Positions 10,280 to 22,719 of a stretch of 64,000 bases of DNA are shown here, one piece after another; position 1 is the first letter of the stretch, and the number at the start of each line of letters is the position of its first letter. The notes under the pieces were generated by a model. It did not search any database, was not told where the DNA came from, and saw only the letters and a program-made list of their open reading frames with translations. The position numbers were made by a program, and so were the translations under genes. The DNA is from Plasmodiophora brassicae (taxonomy: Eukaryota), in the NCBI GenBank assembly GCA_036867785.1, contig CP145420.1, positions 1 through 64,000 of the forward strand, given 5' to 3'.

Positions 10280-10851
10280 GGGAGCGGCGCGGCACCCTGA
10301 TCAACTGCAAGATCAGCGATCAGGCCGATCAACGGCACCGGCGGGCCCTCGAACGATCAAAAAATAGGCGCCGCGCACCCACCATTCCTCATTGCCCCCA
10401 GAGAGAACTCCACAGCAGGAGCCTTAACCTACCTGTGGTCATGGTAGACACGGAAGGGATCTTAGCGGACAACCGGGAGGACGAAATGTGGGCGTCGTCG
10501 TAATGCCTTTGATGTATAATTCCCGAGTGATGCCGTCGCCCAGGTTATCTCGGCATGGCCAATATTTATGTGCTCGTGACTCTGGGCTCTGATGCGTCTT
10601 CGGCTACAACAATCCCTACCAGGCCAATACCCGGCCGGACAAAGAAGTAAAATTTCTAATTGCGGAGCGAATGGTTTTCATTCTTACGAGGACCTGGAAG
10701 AAGGCTGTATGACCTTGATGTTCAAACTCGATTCGTCAAGGAACCGTTTAGGATAAACAGATCGTTTCCGATCGCTTTGGAAAATGCTCCTGTGTGTTTA
10801 TAAAGACAATTGACAGCTGGGTCGAGCCTTCGTGGAGAATTGCTATACAGA

Positions 10852-12858
10852 TTAATCGTCCTTGCCACTGCCCGATCCGGCCTGCAGCGTCGCGAAATTG
10901 CGTTTCCGATCGCGCTGCTGTCGCGGAGGTGGAACAAGGCCCAGGTCTATAACCAGTGTCCGCAAGATCCAGGAGTGACGGTTCACCGATGCGCCTCGCA
11001 TGCCGAAGGCCCCAGTGTTGCCCCGTTTCTCTAGAATGGCATTGACAAGGACGCCTTCCGCAGCTAGGAAGTACCGGTAACAGCTAGCCTGCCACACTTT
11101 CAAGTCATCCTGGCTGATAGGCTTGGATGGTAGCTCCATGTCGGCTGGTTTGAAAGTGGTGCTGTACTGGCTGGCCCAGAACCTGGCAGCACGCAAATGG
11201 CGCCTCGCTGTGTAGGTAAGGTTGCTCCAATCCCATAGGGAGAGGTAATCGAGGGAACGTGTGTACGCTATCGTTGCGGCCCAGGCGGATGAGATTGCGG
11301 CAGGCAACAACGGCGGGGCAGGCTTCACTTCCGATGTGCTGGGCCAAGGGATCCGGTCGACGACGTCGGCCGGCCAACTAGCATCGGCAGCACATGTGCT
11401 TGCGGCGAATGATGTCGTGCGCTTGTCTTCAACGAGCCCCAAGCGTTTAACCAGTGCTCGCAAACGCCAAGAATGACGGTTCACGGATGCACCGCACATG
11501 CCGAGGGCCCCAGTGCTGCCCTGTTTCTCTAGAACGGCCCTGACGACGACGCCCTCGGCAGCTTGGAAGTAACGATGACAGCTGGCCTGCCAGACATCGA
11601 TATCATCATCGCTGGTAGGCTTGGGTGGCAGCTCCGTGTCGGTTATCTTAAAAGTGGTGCGGTAGTGCCAGGCCCAGAACCTGGCAGCATTCAAGTGGCG
11701 ACGGGCCGTGCAGGTAAGATTGCTCCAATCCCATAATGAAGTGTCATCTAGGGAACGCGTGTACGCGATCGTTGCAGCACAGGCCGATGGTATTGCGGCA
11801 GGCAACGATGGTACGGTCTCCTCTGCCTTACTATTGGGCCATGGGAATGTGGTGCAGATGCCGGTACAAAGCACAATCGATTCATCATCACTACCAGGTC
11901 TGCAAACTCCAGCGGCCTGAGTCTCGGCGATGCCGGTACAAAGTACAGACGTCGATGCATCATCAGTACTAGGTCTGGAAACGTCAGTGGCCTGATTCTC
12001 GGACAGAGATACTCGGCGGCTTGGAGGGGAATGAGATGCCGTCGATGTCCTGCTGCTGGATGCGTCAACTTTCTTCAGAAGCCGACTCGGGATGGAAGCA
12101 TGGCTGCTGGACCGTGCAGCACTCGGGCAAGTTTGAGACCAAGTGGTCAGCGTCATCGGAGGATCGGGTGAGACGGGCTCCATGACAGTGTCCATCCTAA
12201 CCAGGTATTCGAGAGAAGATTGGCGTGTCACCTGGGACGTACCACGTGTGCGACAATCGACAAGCGTGCAGGTCCGGTCGACGACACTTTCAAGACGAAG
12301 GTTTCGGAAGCAGAATTTTCCAGTGTCTTGAACCAACAGCATTCCTAATGCCTCAATCGTGAACGGACGCGTGAAGAACGATGAGAAATGCGATCGCCCG
12401 GCCTCGCAGATCCAGATCGACTGCCGCATCGGGCTTTGGATCCATGGACGGACGGCCTCCGGGATCTGGCCCTGTCTGAGGCTCTCCACGAGCGCGTCGG
12501 CCTCCCTGATGATGTCCATCAAATCCAGGTTCACGAATGCAAATGCGAGACTGTCAGGGATAGCCATGTGTCGGTCCTCGGGCGACTCCAGAGTGTCACT
12601 ATTCAGGCACGATGCTGCGGCGCGAATCAAATCATATGTTAATCCATCCGCCAGAGTCACCATCATGCTTGTAACCCGCCCCACTAGAGGACACTCGAAC
12701 CAATGAGTCAGGCCGGCCGCGGCTAGCACAGCGTTGGCATGGTCGGCCTGCTGGCGCGTCATCATTGGCGGCATATCCAACGGATACACTGGAAGATTCA
12801 CAGCCAGCGCATAACGCGTGGTATATGCGAGCAGGAACACAGCGAGTGCCACAGTCAT
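10852..12858 (-). CDS. Predicted secreted protein with two ~125-aa tandem domains
   Basis: Signal-like MTVALAVFLLAYTTRYALA at 12858; domain duplicated at ~11432-11803 and ~10934-11305 (TIAYTRSLD..SLWDWSNLT.TARRHL.AARFWA). Confidence 0.6.
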   Translation of the reverse strand: MTVALAVFLLAYTTRYALAVNLPVYPLDMPPMMTRQQADHANAVLAAAGLTHWFECPLVGRVTSMMVTLADGLTYDLIRAAASCLNSDTLESPEDRHMAIPDSLAFAFVNLDLMDIIREADALVESLRQGQIPEAVRPWIQSPMRQSIWICEAGRSHFSSFFTRPFTIEALGMLLVQDTGKFCFRNLRLESVVDRTCTLVDCRTRGTSQVTRQSSLEYLVRMDTVMEPVSPDPPMTLTTWSQTCPSAARSSSHASIPSRLLKKVDASSSRTSTASHSPPSRRVSLSENQATDVSRPSTDDASTSVLCTGIAETQAAGVCRPGSDDESIVLCTGICTTFPWPNSKAEETVPSLPAAIPSACAATIAYTRSLDDTSLWDWSNLTCTARRHLNAARFWAWHYRTTFKITDTELPPKPTSDDDIDVWQASCHRYFQAAEGVVVRAVLEKQGSTGALGMCGASVNRHSWRLRALVKRLGLVEDKRTTSFAASTCAADASWPADVVDRIPWPSTSEVKPAPPLLPAAISSAWAATIAYTRSLDYLSLWDWSNLTYTARRHLRAARFWASQYSTTFKPADMELPSKPISQDDLKVWQASCYRYFLAAEGVLVNAILEKRGNTGAFGMRGASVNRHSWILRTLVIDLGLVPPPRQQRDRKRNFATLQAGSGSGKDD

Positions 12859-13338
12859 TGGGCAACAGTCGACTTCGACGGATTTGCGGGCGCACAGCAG
12901 CGGCCAGCGCGGTAGGGCCTCAAACGGCTCTCTTTGACGCCTTGATACCTGCCCAATTCCCGCCAACCCACTTCGTGCCCAAGCCAGTTTTGCCCGAGAG
13001 GGGAGTGGCGTGCAAAGCTCCAACGTTGGGCGCGCAGCATGTCGGCGTTTCGTCAAAGTACTCGCCACGAGCGATTGCCTTCCCATTCGTTGTAGTGTGG
13101 ACGCTGACGTCAGGACATGCCGTGACATTTGATGTGATCGCTTTAGTGTTCGCAATTGCGATGGCACGGCATCAGCACCATACCTCACAATCACAGACGC
13201 GACGATTGCAGATTCGCGCTTCAACCTGGTCGCGCTGCGCAGGCACCTCTGGATTCGGACAGCGCCTATTATCGATCACGTCTCAAAGACATGAGAACAA
13301 TTACCATTTGCTGTCAAAAGTCAAGCCGCAAAACTCGT

Positions 13339-16300
13339 TCATTTACGAAGGCCTATGCCAGACCTCATGGACGGCGACTTCATTGGTCGGCTCAGTTGCG
13401 AGTGCACTAGGCTGCCATCATCTGATGCCGCATCTGGAACGGGCTGGGGATGTGCACTTGAGGATCTGTCGATCGCCGGCGCTGCTGCTGATGCAACTGT
13501 TGGCTGTGATGACGAGAAGTTCATGACGAGTTCAACCCCGGCGGGGAACTTGCTGTGATCGGCGTCTTTGTAAGCCTTGTCCATGTCGGCCTTGACGAAT
13601 CGCAGGCAGTCGCCAACGAATGCAGCATGTAGGCAGACGTAGACAAGAACTTTCGCCAGCTTTCCCTTCTTCTCTCGCGACAGCACTTCCACCTTGATAT
13701 CGCCGGTTAGGACGCAGACCTTCCGGAGGCGCCACGTGCAGGTCGTCGCTGTTCGTGTCATCATCCGGATCCACTTCTGCCGTACTTTGCCGTCATCCTG
13801 CTGCACGGCAATCATCAGCCAGATCTCGTTATCCTCGGGCACCATCGTCCTGTCGATGTTGTTCAACACTACGCCGATCAGGCAGACGTTTCGGCGCAGA
13901 TCGTGGGTGCGACCCCCAGAGAGATACTCTTCATCTGTTCATAATTGTGCACCATGTCAGTGCGGGCGAACGCATTGTATCACAACATGCCTTACAATAG
14001 TGCACATATCGCGTTTGCGACGGGGTCATTGACGATTCGTTCTCGAGGTCGGGCCGACGCGTCCAGAACAAGCGCAGGGCGGCGTCGGCCGTGGACGCGA
14101 CGCCGCTATCGAGGAGGTAGGCAGCAGCCATCATGCTGGATCGTCCTTTGCCGGCCTTGCTATGTATCAAGGCTAGCGACGATTTCGTCGACAACCACTG
14201 GCGCATGGAGTCGCAGTAGTCGATCATCATCTGGAACGGGCAGGGAGCGTGCCCGGAGAACGGGAACTGGACGATCTGGTCGCCCGGCACCTGTGAAATG
14301 TCGTAGTCGACCTCTGCGTATGCATGAGGTGCGTCAGGTGGGGATATAAGCACGTTCCGCTCGAATGGGACGCACCTAGGCACAGGTTGTAGATTCGGTA
14401 CCGGACGTGCTGGGGCTGCAAGTGATCCGCCAGGAGCCGCGCCATGATCTGTCGGATGTCGTTCGTTGTGAACACGAGGATGATGACGCGGTCGGTGACC
14501 TGGATGGTGTCGAGTCCTGGCACGGACGACCACGATACAGTGGGCGGCACAAGCGAGGCCGACGCGGGCCTTGGGCTCTGTACCGCATGGGACGTCGTCT
14601 TGCTCCCGGCGACGTCCTTCAAGCATTGCTTATGATGCAGGGTCGCTTGCAGTGCGGCCTGCAACGTCAGGCAGGAACGTGACAGGTTTCGTGCTCGTCG
14701 GCCAGCCGCGTAGGACGACAGAGCGCCTTGCAGGACGCCGAGTGATGCATAGTACCGTTTCTGCCGCAAGCGCGCCAGGTACGCCTTCGTGCCGGCCTGC
14801 ACTGCGATACAGTGTCGAGCGATGGCCAGGTCGCGTGCCGACTCTAACGCCCGGTAAACGTCGTCCTTGAGGAACACCATGGTTCGTCCCAGGTGGAAGG
14901 CGGCCTGGCCCCGCAGCGACTCCACAAGATCAACCTTGTCCTCCAAGATCGTGCCAACAATCGATTCGGTGGTGGCGGACGCATTCCCGAGAGGCCGGTA
15001 TCTATACGCGAACGTGTCGTGCGGGATACGTATAGGGTATCCCGCCTGTCGCACTCGAACCATCTCCAGCACGCCTAACAAACGCTAAGGGAACCTGGGT
15101 CGACAGCGGACGTTGCAACCTCAGCTGTACCTGCGTTGGACAGCTGTTCGAACACCATGGGCGATTGGAACTCGTCGGGCAGCTGTCGCTGGTTGGGTTT
15201 GATGCATCGGACGAACTGCGGCGACGTGTCGTTGAGCATGGTCACCAGATGTTGCACCTGGGCGCGGAAATGTCCCGCCTGAAACTTGCCCTTCTTGGTG
15301 CTCTTTTTCCTCGTCTGCAAGCTGTTCGCGTCCTCCTCGGTGATCTCCTGCGGAGCGGCTGACGAATTGACGATCGTGCCGACCTGCTCGGACGTGGCCA
15401 TCTCCAGCAGATCGTGCAAGTCGTCGCTGATGCGGTCCTTGTTCTTGCTGAGGAATTCGCCCACATTGTACTGGACGTCGCCAGCGTAATGCGAGATGGT
15501 CAGATGCAGGGGACGCTTCCGGCTGTCATCCTTGAAGACGGACGACGTGGCATGGGCCTTGCAGACCTTTTCGAAGAAGGCCTGGGTGGACCCTTGTGGG
15601 ATCAGGCACTCGTCGTCGAGCATGGAGAATACGCCGGACGGCGCCGAATCGATGACGGCCAGCGTGGGCGAACAGTCCGGGAAGGTGATGGTCTCCCAGG
15701 GCACGCCCTCTCTCTCGTACACGGCCTGCTCGGCGACGGACAGGACCCGCTCAATGAAGATCGACTGCAGCCGCTCGTTGCAGTAGTTGATGCAGATCTG
15801 CTCGAACCCGTTGTACTCGTCGAATCGTTCGAACCCCTGTGGGTAAATGTCAGGTGGGCGGTAACGCGATAGCATTATAACAGGCACTGACAAAGATGTC
15901 GAGAATGCCGATAGTGTGCGTCGTTCCGCGTGCGTTGCTTGGGCGAGCTGAGAATGACGAGTTGCTGGGGGCGGTGGACGAATCAGGCTGGAGGGCCTGG
16001 TTCATACGGGCGATCAGCCATCGGAACAGTCTGGCGTACATCTCCTTGGCGAGCGCGTTGCGCGCCGAATCGGCCTTGTCCACGTCCACAGGCACATAGA
16101 CGCGGTGTGCATCCTGCCCGATGCGACGCCCGATCAGAGCATCGCGTGTCGCTTCGTCCTCTGTGCACCGCCACAATCAGCCGACGCACCGATCGTCACC
16201 ATGCGGACAGGTCGTGTCCATACCGAATGTGGACAGCTTCAGGAACCAAGTCAGATGGGTACCTGTCTGCAGGACCGCATGCCCTTCGTCGTCACTGGCG

Positions 16301-17475
16301 AACTCGAGGTTGCCGAGGTGCAGGATGGCGGCAAGGACGTTGAGGACAGCCTGGCGCTCCCCGCCCGACATGCCCAACTGTTCCATGGCGTCGACGATCT
16401 CCTGCAGGTCACCAACGTGCGCCTGTGCTGGGCCGGCCGACCCTGCGTCCTGCCCGGGCTGTCCGCCCAGGAACTTGTACGCAGCTGGCCTCGGCACGAG
16501 TCCATACGTCGACCGGAGCGTCGCCTCGGGTTGTCCACCGAGCAACGCGTAGAAGATGTGAAAGTTCCGTTCGCCGCTGCTGTGCGATACGATGCGGGAC
16601 GTTTCCAGCATGAAGTACGACATGGACGCGTCCTGCATCTCGCCCGACCCGGCCGACATGTGGATCTGCAGGTACTTCCCGAACCGGGAACTGTTGTCGT
16701 TCCGGAGCGTGCGCGCGTTGCCGAATGCCTCCAGCACCGGGTTGCACTCGACGACCCGCTTCTGGATGCGGGCCGCAACTGGGCACGTTTCCATCCTCAG
16801 CATGCGCGCAGGCGCGGAAACGATGGACGACGGCGACGGCCTACCTTCGTGCTCGGTGACGTTCGTGGCAGCGGCATTGGCCGACAGGACGGCCAGGAAT
16901 TGCAGGGCGTACTTGGCGGCTTCCGTCTTCCCGCTGCCGGAGTCGCCACAGATGATGAGCGACTGAGCGGTGCCATCCCGTCGCATCCGCTGGTAGCACT
17001 GGGCCGTCGTGCCAAAGATGTGTGGCGTGCTGGACCCCGACAGGTACGTGTCGACGGCAGGGCCCTCGTACATGCCGTCGATGAGCCGGAACGGGTTCAC
17101 CGATAGCAGCGTAGAGCCGGCGGCCGTGTACACCTGCGCGTGATGGAACCGCTGGCGCAGCGTCGCCAGCAGTGATGGGGCATTGACGCGGTCGAGCAGG
17201 GTCAGGTCGGTGACGTCGTGGAGAGGCCCCGTGTCCGCCCCGACCGATATCAGCGACGACATGGGCACGGCACGTGTCGGCGCATTGTCAGTGGCGTTGC
17301 CGCCGTCGTCATGGACAACGGCGACGTCAACGAGGTCGGACGGGGACCCGACAGGTGGATTGGCGGTAGGGCCCAGAACGCGCGCCTTCACGTACACGTG
17401 CTGCGGATCTGGGGCCCAGTACATGGACGGGCTGGATGGCGCGCCGCCGGCCATGACCCGCGCTATGCTCGACAA
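13339..17475 (-). CDS. Myosin (motor + IQ motifs) with C-terminal PTEN-like pseudophosphatase and C2 domain; multi-exon
   Basis: GDSGSGKTE, LEAFGNARTLRNDNSSRFGK, ERNFHIFY, IGILDIF/GFE, FEQICINYCNERLQ, FVRCIKPN, GRTMVFLK; IQ-like VQAGTKAYLAR; PTEN-like YRIYNLC, HSKAGKGR, TPSQTRYVHY; C2-like GDIKVEV, DMDKAYKD. The 3' end is uncertain. Confidence 0.92.
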
Positions 17476-17884
17476 CGGGGTGCTCTAGAGGTACCAGTGC
17501 CGGCGATCGACCATCGCGTTAAGGCTCGACTACCATTATAATACAGGTGGGGCGGGCACGCTGTGCGATTCAACCGTGCCACTGTCGAGTCTGTTGACGA
17601 CGTTGCGCGTGTCGGTGAGGACGCATACCCACACAACTTGTGAATGGCCCGAGCAGGTAGAGGGCATGCAGGGGTGGGTGCCCGTGTGCGCCCGGATCTG
17701 GCGCGCCGCCGCACCGTTGTCATTATGACTGCCTGCCACAACGTGCACAGCGTAAGCCACCCGCCTCGAACCGGGCGGCAGCTGGTTCGCGGACGGTGGT
17801 GGGAGCCCACCTGATCCGCCGGGGAGACGTTCCCGCTGACAGGGGCGCGCCATGGTCGCGGCTTGCGCCCGAATGCAACTGGGC

Positions 17885-18211
17885 ATGGAGATGTGCCTGA
17901 GCTGGTTGCTGGACATGGTGACCGTCAAGAGGCCTCCCAGCAAACCAATGGACAGCATGGCGGGCCCGGACCGGCTCGACGACGACCAGGTCGGGCGGGC
18001 CAAGGTCCCCAGCGTCGTCGGCGAACCGGACGTCTTCGACGACGACATCGTGCTAGACATCGCGTACGATGACGACGACCTGTACCATGACGAGGGTGCG
18101 CCGACCCAGGTCGACTTTGACTGGAACTGCCTGAAGGCGCCGGCACCGACCCGAATTGAGCCGGGCGCCGCCCCGCCCGTACAGGCGCCCGGTCCGGGCC
18201 ACGACGACTAG
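17885..18211 (+). CDS. Small acidic hypothetical protein
   Basis: ORF with GC-ending codon usage and Asp-rich content; no recognised motif. Confidence 0.3.
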   Translation: MEMCLSWLLDMVTVKRPPSKPMDSMAGPDRLDDDQVGRAKVPSVVGEPDVFDDDIVLDIAYDDDDLYHDEGAPTQVDFDWNCLKAPAPTRIEPGAAPPVQAPGPGHDD

Positions 18212-18272
18212 TCGCAACGGACGATCCAACATGTGGCACGTTTAACAATCGGGGTATCGTGTCGGCCGCGCG

Positions 18273-18980
18273 CTAGACGAACAGGGACAGTGGCTGATCG
18301 AACCCGTCTCGGTTGCCCATGACGATGGACGATTCGGCGACGGCGGTCCGGGCGGCGGATGGATCCAGGCGCAGGGCGGCGTCAATGGCGTCCATGGGCG
18401 CGGCCATTGCAATGTCAGCCGCGCATCGTCTGCCGGTCATGTGGCAACGGGTGACGATCGCAGCCGACAAACCCGTCAGGAAGTTCCCGGGCGGCAGGAC
18501 CGGTGCACGGCCCACATGATAGACGGCGTCGTGCCGGCCGTCATGCGTCAGGACCGAGCACTTCGGCAGGCAGGTACGGACGACGACGTCGTGGGCGGTA
18601 TCGGGGACGATGCGAGCGACGACGGCATCGAGGTCGGATGGATCGATGCGGTCCGGGGTAGGGCACATGACCAGGCAGGCGTCGTTGGCAGGGTCATCGA
18701 CAATGACGATGTCGGACGGGCTGAACTGGTGCGACCTGGGCACCAGACGCGAATACGGACCGACGGTGGCGACCAGGCCAACGCAGACGATGACGCGGCC
18801 AGCGCCTTTCGACGTCGACATATCCTGCACGACGACCACGGTGGCGGTGTCAGCAACGTGCGGGCGAGCAGAATGCCATCGGCGCAGACGTACGACAACA
18901 GCGGGCGGCGGCCAGCGATGGCGTTTGGAGGCGAACAGGTCATTGCGCCGATCGGGGCACGGGTCCAGGTTGAGTTCCAT
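18273..18980 (-). CDS. Proteasome assembly chaperone 1 (PAC1/PSMG1)-like protein
   Basis: LPPGNFLTGLSAAIVTRC resembles the PAC1 L.xPN...L.AA.L..C motif; C-terminus SLFV. Confidence 0.45.
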   Translation of the reverse strand: MELNLDPCPDRRNDLFASKRHRWPPPAVVVRLRRWHSARPHVADTATVVVVQDMSTSKGAGRVIVCVGLVATVGPYSRLVPRSHQFSPSDIVIVDDPANDACLVMCPTPDRIDPSDLDAVVARIVPDTAHDVVVRTCLPKCSVLTHDGRHDAVYHVGRAPVLPPGNFLTGLSAAIVTRCHMTGRRCAADIAMAAPMDAIDAALRLDPSAARTAVAESSIVMGNRDGFDQPLSLFV

Positions 18981-19471
18981 GGCCGCCGTACACTGCCTGA
19001 CGCCACGCGCTCTGCCGACGCGTTGCGCACTCCAACGGCAACGGCCGGCGCACGGCGGCACTTCCGGCTGACCCTCCCGGCCCACAGCTATAGGCGAAGG
19101 TGTTTACACCCAGTACCGACTGGCCTGGCGTTCCTGGCACTCGCATGTCGAATCAGCTACCTAGTTGATGAACAGGCGGCCATCCCCCAATCGGGCTCAG
19201 TTGCTTCCGCTTGCTCGTCCGATCGTGGCGCAACGCGATGGCGACCTGCTTTCTCGGCCGCCTCTGCTGAACGTACGTCAGCGTCAGCGTTCTCCCATGC
19301 CCGGACCCTGGGATCCCGGTTGAGTGCTCGGCGACAGGGCGGGTGAGTCAGCGATGGAGAGGTGGGCAGCAGCGGCCCCGGGCGGAGTTGGCGCCGATTT
19401 GCGGACCGTGTGGTGGCAGTCGATACCCGCCCGCTGTCTGTCGCCGCCCGGCGCTCTGCCGTACCATCATC

Positions 19472-20010
19472 ATGACAGACAACTACGTCGTCCCGCGCAA
19501 CTTCAAGCTGCTCGAGGAGCTCGAGAGCGGCGAGAAAGGCATCTCCAGCGGCAAGCACGCCGGATGGGTGTCGTACGGGGTCGACGGTAGCCGGCGCGCG
19601 CGATGTCACCCCTGTCCTGTCTCGCGTGCGCTGACTATGTGTGTTGTCGCCGTTCGCTAGGTGATGACATTCTGCTGACGAACTGGAACGCGACCATCAT
19701 CCTTGGCGAGCGCATATACTCCCTGAAGGTATTGGCGGGCGGCAGGATTCTGCCTGGAGACGACGGGCCTTGACCTGTGCGGCAGGTGGTTGCCGGCCCG
19801 AACTACCCGATGAAGCCGCCCGAGGTGCGCTTCGTCACCAAGATTGCCCTGCCGCAGTACGTCGACGCCAAGGGCATGGTCACATCACAGCTACCGGCGA
19901 TCGCCCGCTGGAAACCCAGCATGGGCATTGCCGACGTGCTCTGCTCGCTCCGGGAGGCCATGGCAGGGACATCGAGGATTCCGCAGCCGCCGCCTGATGC
20001 CACCTTCTGA
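19472..20010 (+). CDS. MMS2: Ubiquitin-conjugating enzyme E2 variant (UEV1/MMS2), 3 exons
   Basis: VPRNFKLLEELE.GEKG, VSYG, RIYSLK, GPNYP..PPEVRFVTKI, QPP; two GT-AG introns. Confidence 0.92.
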
Positions 20011-20103
20011 CATGTATCATACACACAGGGATCCGTCCACAGCAGACCGATCACAGTTGATGTGTACAGATTATGGTGAACGTCGGCGGGGGCCTGCGTC
20101 GGA

Positions 20104-20467
20104 TCAGGCCTGCTCTGCTGGGCGCTGGTCGTAGTACTCCTTGTTGCGTTTCATGGCGGGCGATGGGATCGCGGCGATGACGTTCGGCGCCTCCATCGTG
20201 GCCGTATCGCCGATCAGGTCGTCCTTGAATTGCAGGAACCCGGCCAGGTCCACCGTCAGGCACACCGCCAACAACGCGCTGAACACCGACACCGACGTTA
20301 ATGACGCCTGCCACCCAGGTCACTACCCCGTCAGCGATGCCACAATGACGCGGAGGGCAATCACGCACGAGAACGTTGGTCGCCCAGATGACGCAGGCGT
20401 TGACGGCCACCGTGATTAAGAACGCCGTCGACGCCACCAGAGCACCGAACGCGATCGACGGGTCCAT
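20104..20467 (-). CDS. Small two-TM hypothetical membrane protein, probably one intron
   Basis: Two hydrophobic segments in adjacent ORFs (IAFGALVASTAFLITVAV; VFSALLAVCLTV). Confidence 0.35.
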
Positions 20468-21202
20468 TGTTATCCTGCATCGTACCACGGATTGGGGCTC
20501 GATCACGTCGTCGGGCGCAGACCGCGACGTACCATGGGACATTGACCAGCAGGACGATGGAGGAGAAGGCGGACCCTGCTGGAAGCATTGGCGACTTGAC
20601 GCAACTGGTAAACAGGAAACGTACAGGTTAGGACGGTAAGGCAGTACCAGATGAGCTGGAACTGGGCGGTCGGCGCATCTGATCCAACCTTGCTGGCAGC
20701 AACGCCGATCGCTGTACAGACGCGTGCCAGGTCAGAGGCGTTTGCAGAGAATCAGTACCGTCACCGACTGACAGATAACAAGAGCGACAGCGATCCCTTG
20801 GGTTACGGTCCACGCCAGTCGCAGCTGGTTGATTCGAGTCCACTGAATGTCGCTGACAGCGTTCGCCAAGCCAGACAGTTGCACCATGTTGCCTCAAGAA
20901 AACGGGTGCCTGCCCTCGACGTTGAATGACGACCTGTGCCGGGTCAGCGACTTGTGACTTGTGAGGAGGTTCCTCTTCGACCCGCCATCCGGCGCGGACG
21001 CCTTGACAATGTAACGAGAGGGCCCCTCCATTCGACCCTCATTGCGACCGAATGCTACACTGCCGCACTCCAAGGTTGCCCTTTACTGCCCGAGCCAACG
21101 AGGTCTAGCGGCCCCATCTACAATCCGCGTTATACAGTTCTAGTGCTCTTTATGCTGACAGCAATACAGTGAACATGGGCCCGTTAATTTCAAGAGCACG
21201 AA

Positions 21203-22283
21203 TCAGTTCAGGAGATCAGTGATGACGCCGGCGCCAACAGTCTTGCCGCCTTCGCGGAGCGCGAACCGCATGCCTTTCTCCATGGCCACCGGTTCCAGCA
21301 GGTCGATCTGGAAGTTGGCGTTGTCGCCGGGCATAACCATTGGCGTGTCTTCCGGCAGTGTGATCGTCCCGGTCACGTCCGCTGTTCGAAGGAACAGCTG
21401 CGGCTTGTAATTCGTCACAAACGGCGTGTGCCGTCCGCCTTCCTCTTTCGTCAGCACGTAGACTTCCGCCTTAATCGACGATGATGCTTTGCAGGTGCCC
21501 GGTTTTGCCATGACTTGGCCACGGTTGACTTCTTCGCGCTTCGTACCACGAAGCAAGATGCCGACATTGTCGCCGGCCTGTACTCGCGGAGTCAGGCACT
21601 AATGTGGTAGCGTAAACGACCTGCTGGATTACCTGGCCGAATTCCATATCCTTATGGAACATTTGTACACCGGTGCACGTCGTTTTCATGGTCGGCTTGC
21701 CGAGACCGATGATCTCAACCTAGGCATAACGACAATAAGCTCACAGCGTTGGAGACAAATAGTTATGCGCTTACTTCGTCGCCAGTCTTGATTTTACCGG
21801 TTGCGATGCGGCCCGTGCAGACTGTACCACGGCCGGCGATGGAGAAGACGCCCTCGATGGGCATCAGGAAGTTCTTATCTGTCTCGCGAACAGGTTCGGG
21901 AATATACTCGTCAACGGTCTCCATGAGCTTGATGATGGACTGCCGACCGAGGGGGGTATCCTCGTTGTTCAGGGCGGCTAGGGCCGATCCCCGAATGATG
22001 GGGATCTCTGATCCTGGGTATTTGTACGAGTCGAGCAGTTCGCGGATCTCCATCTCGACCAATTCCAGCAATTCGTCGTCCTGAAGCAGGTCGCACTTGT
22101 TCAGGTAGACGACCAAGCTGGGGATGCCGACCTGTCGCGCCAGGAGAATGTGCTCGCGGGTCTGTAAAACGTCTCGCCTTCAGCTAATAACTCGTGTGCG
22201 GCAATCTGTGCATGTGGCCTACTTGGGGCATAGGCCCATCAGGAGCGGATACGACAAGAATGCCGCCTTCCATCTGGGCGGCA

Positions 22284-22315
<32 letters not shown>

Positions 22316-22719
22316 TCCGGGGCAGTCGACATGGGCATAGTGGCGGTTTACAGTCTCGTATTCGACGTGCGCTGAGTTGATCGTAATTCCACGGGCGCGC
22401 TCTTCAGGCGCTTTGTCAATCTCAGCGTACGATTTGTACGCGCCGACGCCCTGCACCTCCGACATCACCTTCGTCAATGCCGCCGTCAGGCTGGTCTTGC
22501 CATGGTCGACGTGTCCAATCGTTCCAATGCTGCGACGCGCGATCACAAATCAGATCCAAGAACGGTAGTGTCGCACGGGGGATCCCTGATAGCGGGACGC
22601 CCCCGCGAACAAACAATGTAACTGCTAGCGTACTTGAGGTGAGGCTTGGCGCGCGCATACGTCGACAAATGCCTGATACTGGAGGCGAACCGCCCCAGGG
22701 CGCACATGGGTCGGACCAT
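21203..22719 (-). CDS. TUFM: Mitochondrial elongation factor Tu, multi-exon
   Basis: [62 protein letters not shown]; presequence-like N-terminus; introns. Confidence 0.95.

Noticed and set aside
12859-13224. N-terminal extension of ORF 10852-13224
   Set aside because: Non-ATG start with no protein-like features; a signal peptide begins at the internal ATG at 12858.
20557-21170. Possible spliced + strand gene between the small membrane gene and EF-Tu
   Set aside because: Only short motif-less ORFs; a gene model cannot be supported.
21203-22719. EF-Tu as bacterial contamination or a plastid gene
   Set aside because: Has spliceosomal introns and a presequence-like N-terminus, as expected for a nuclear mitochondrial gene.
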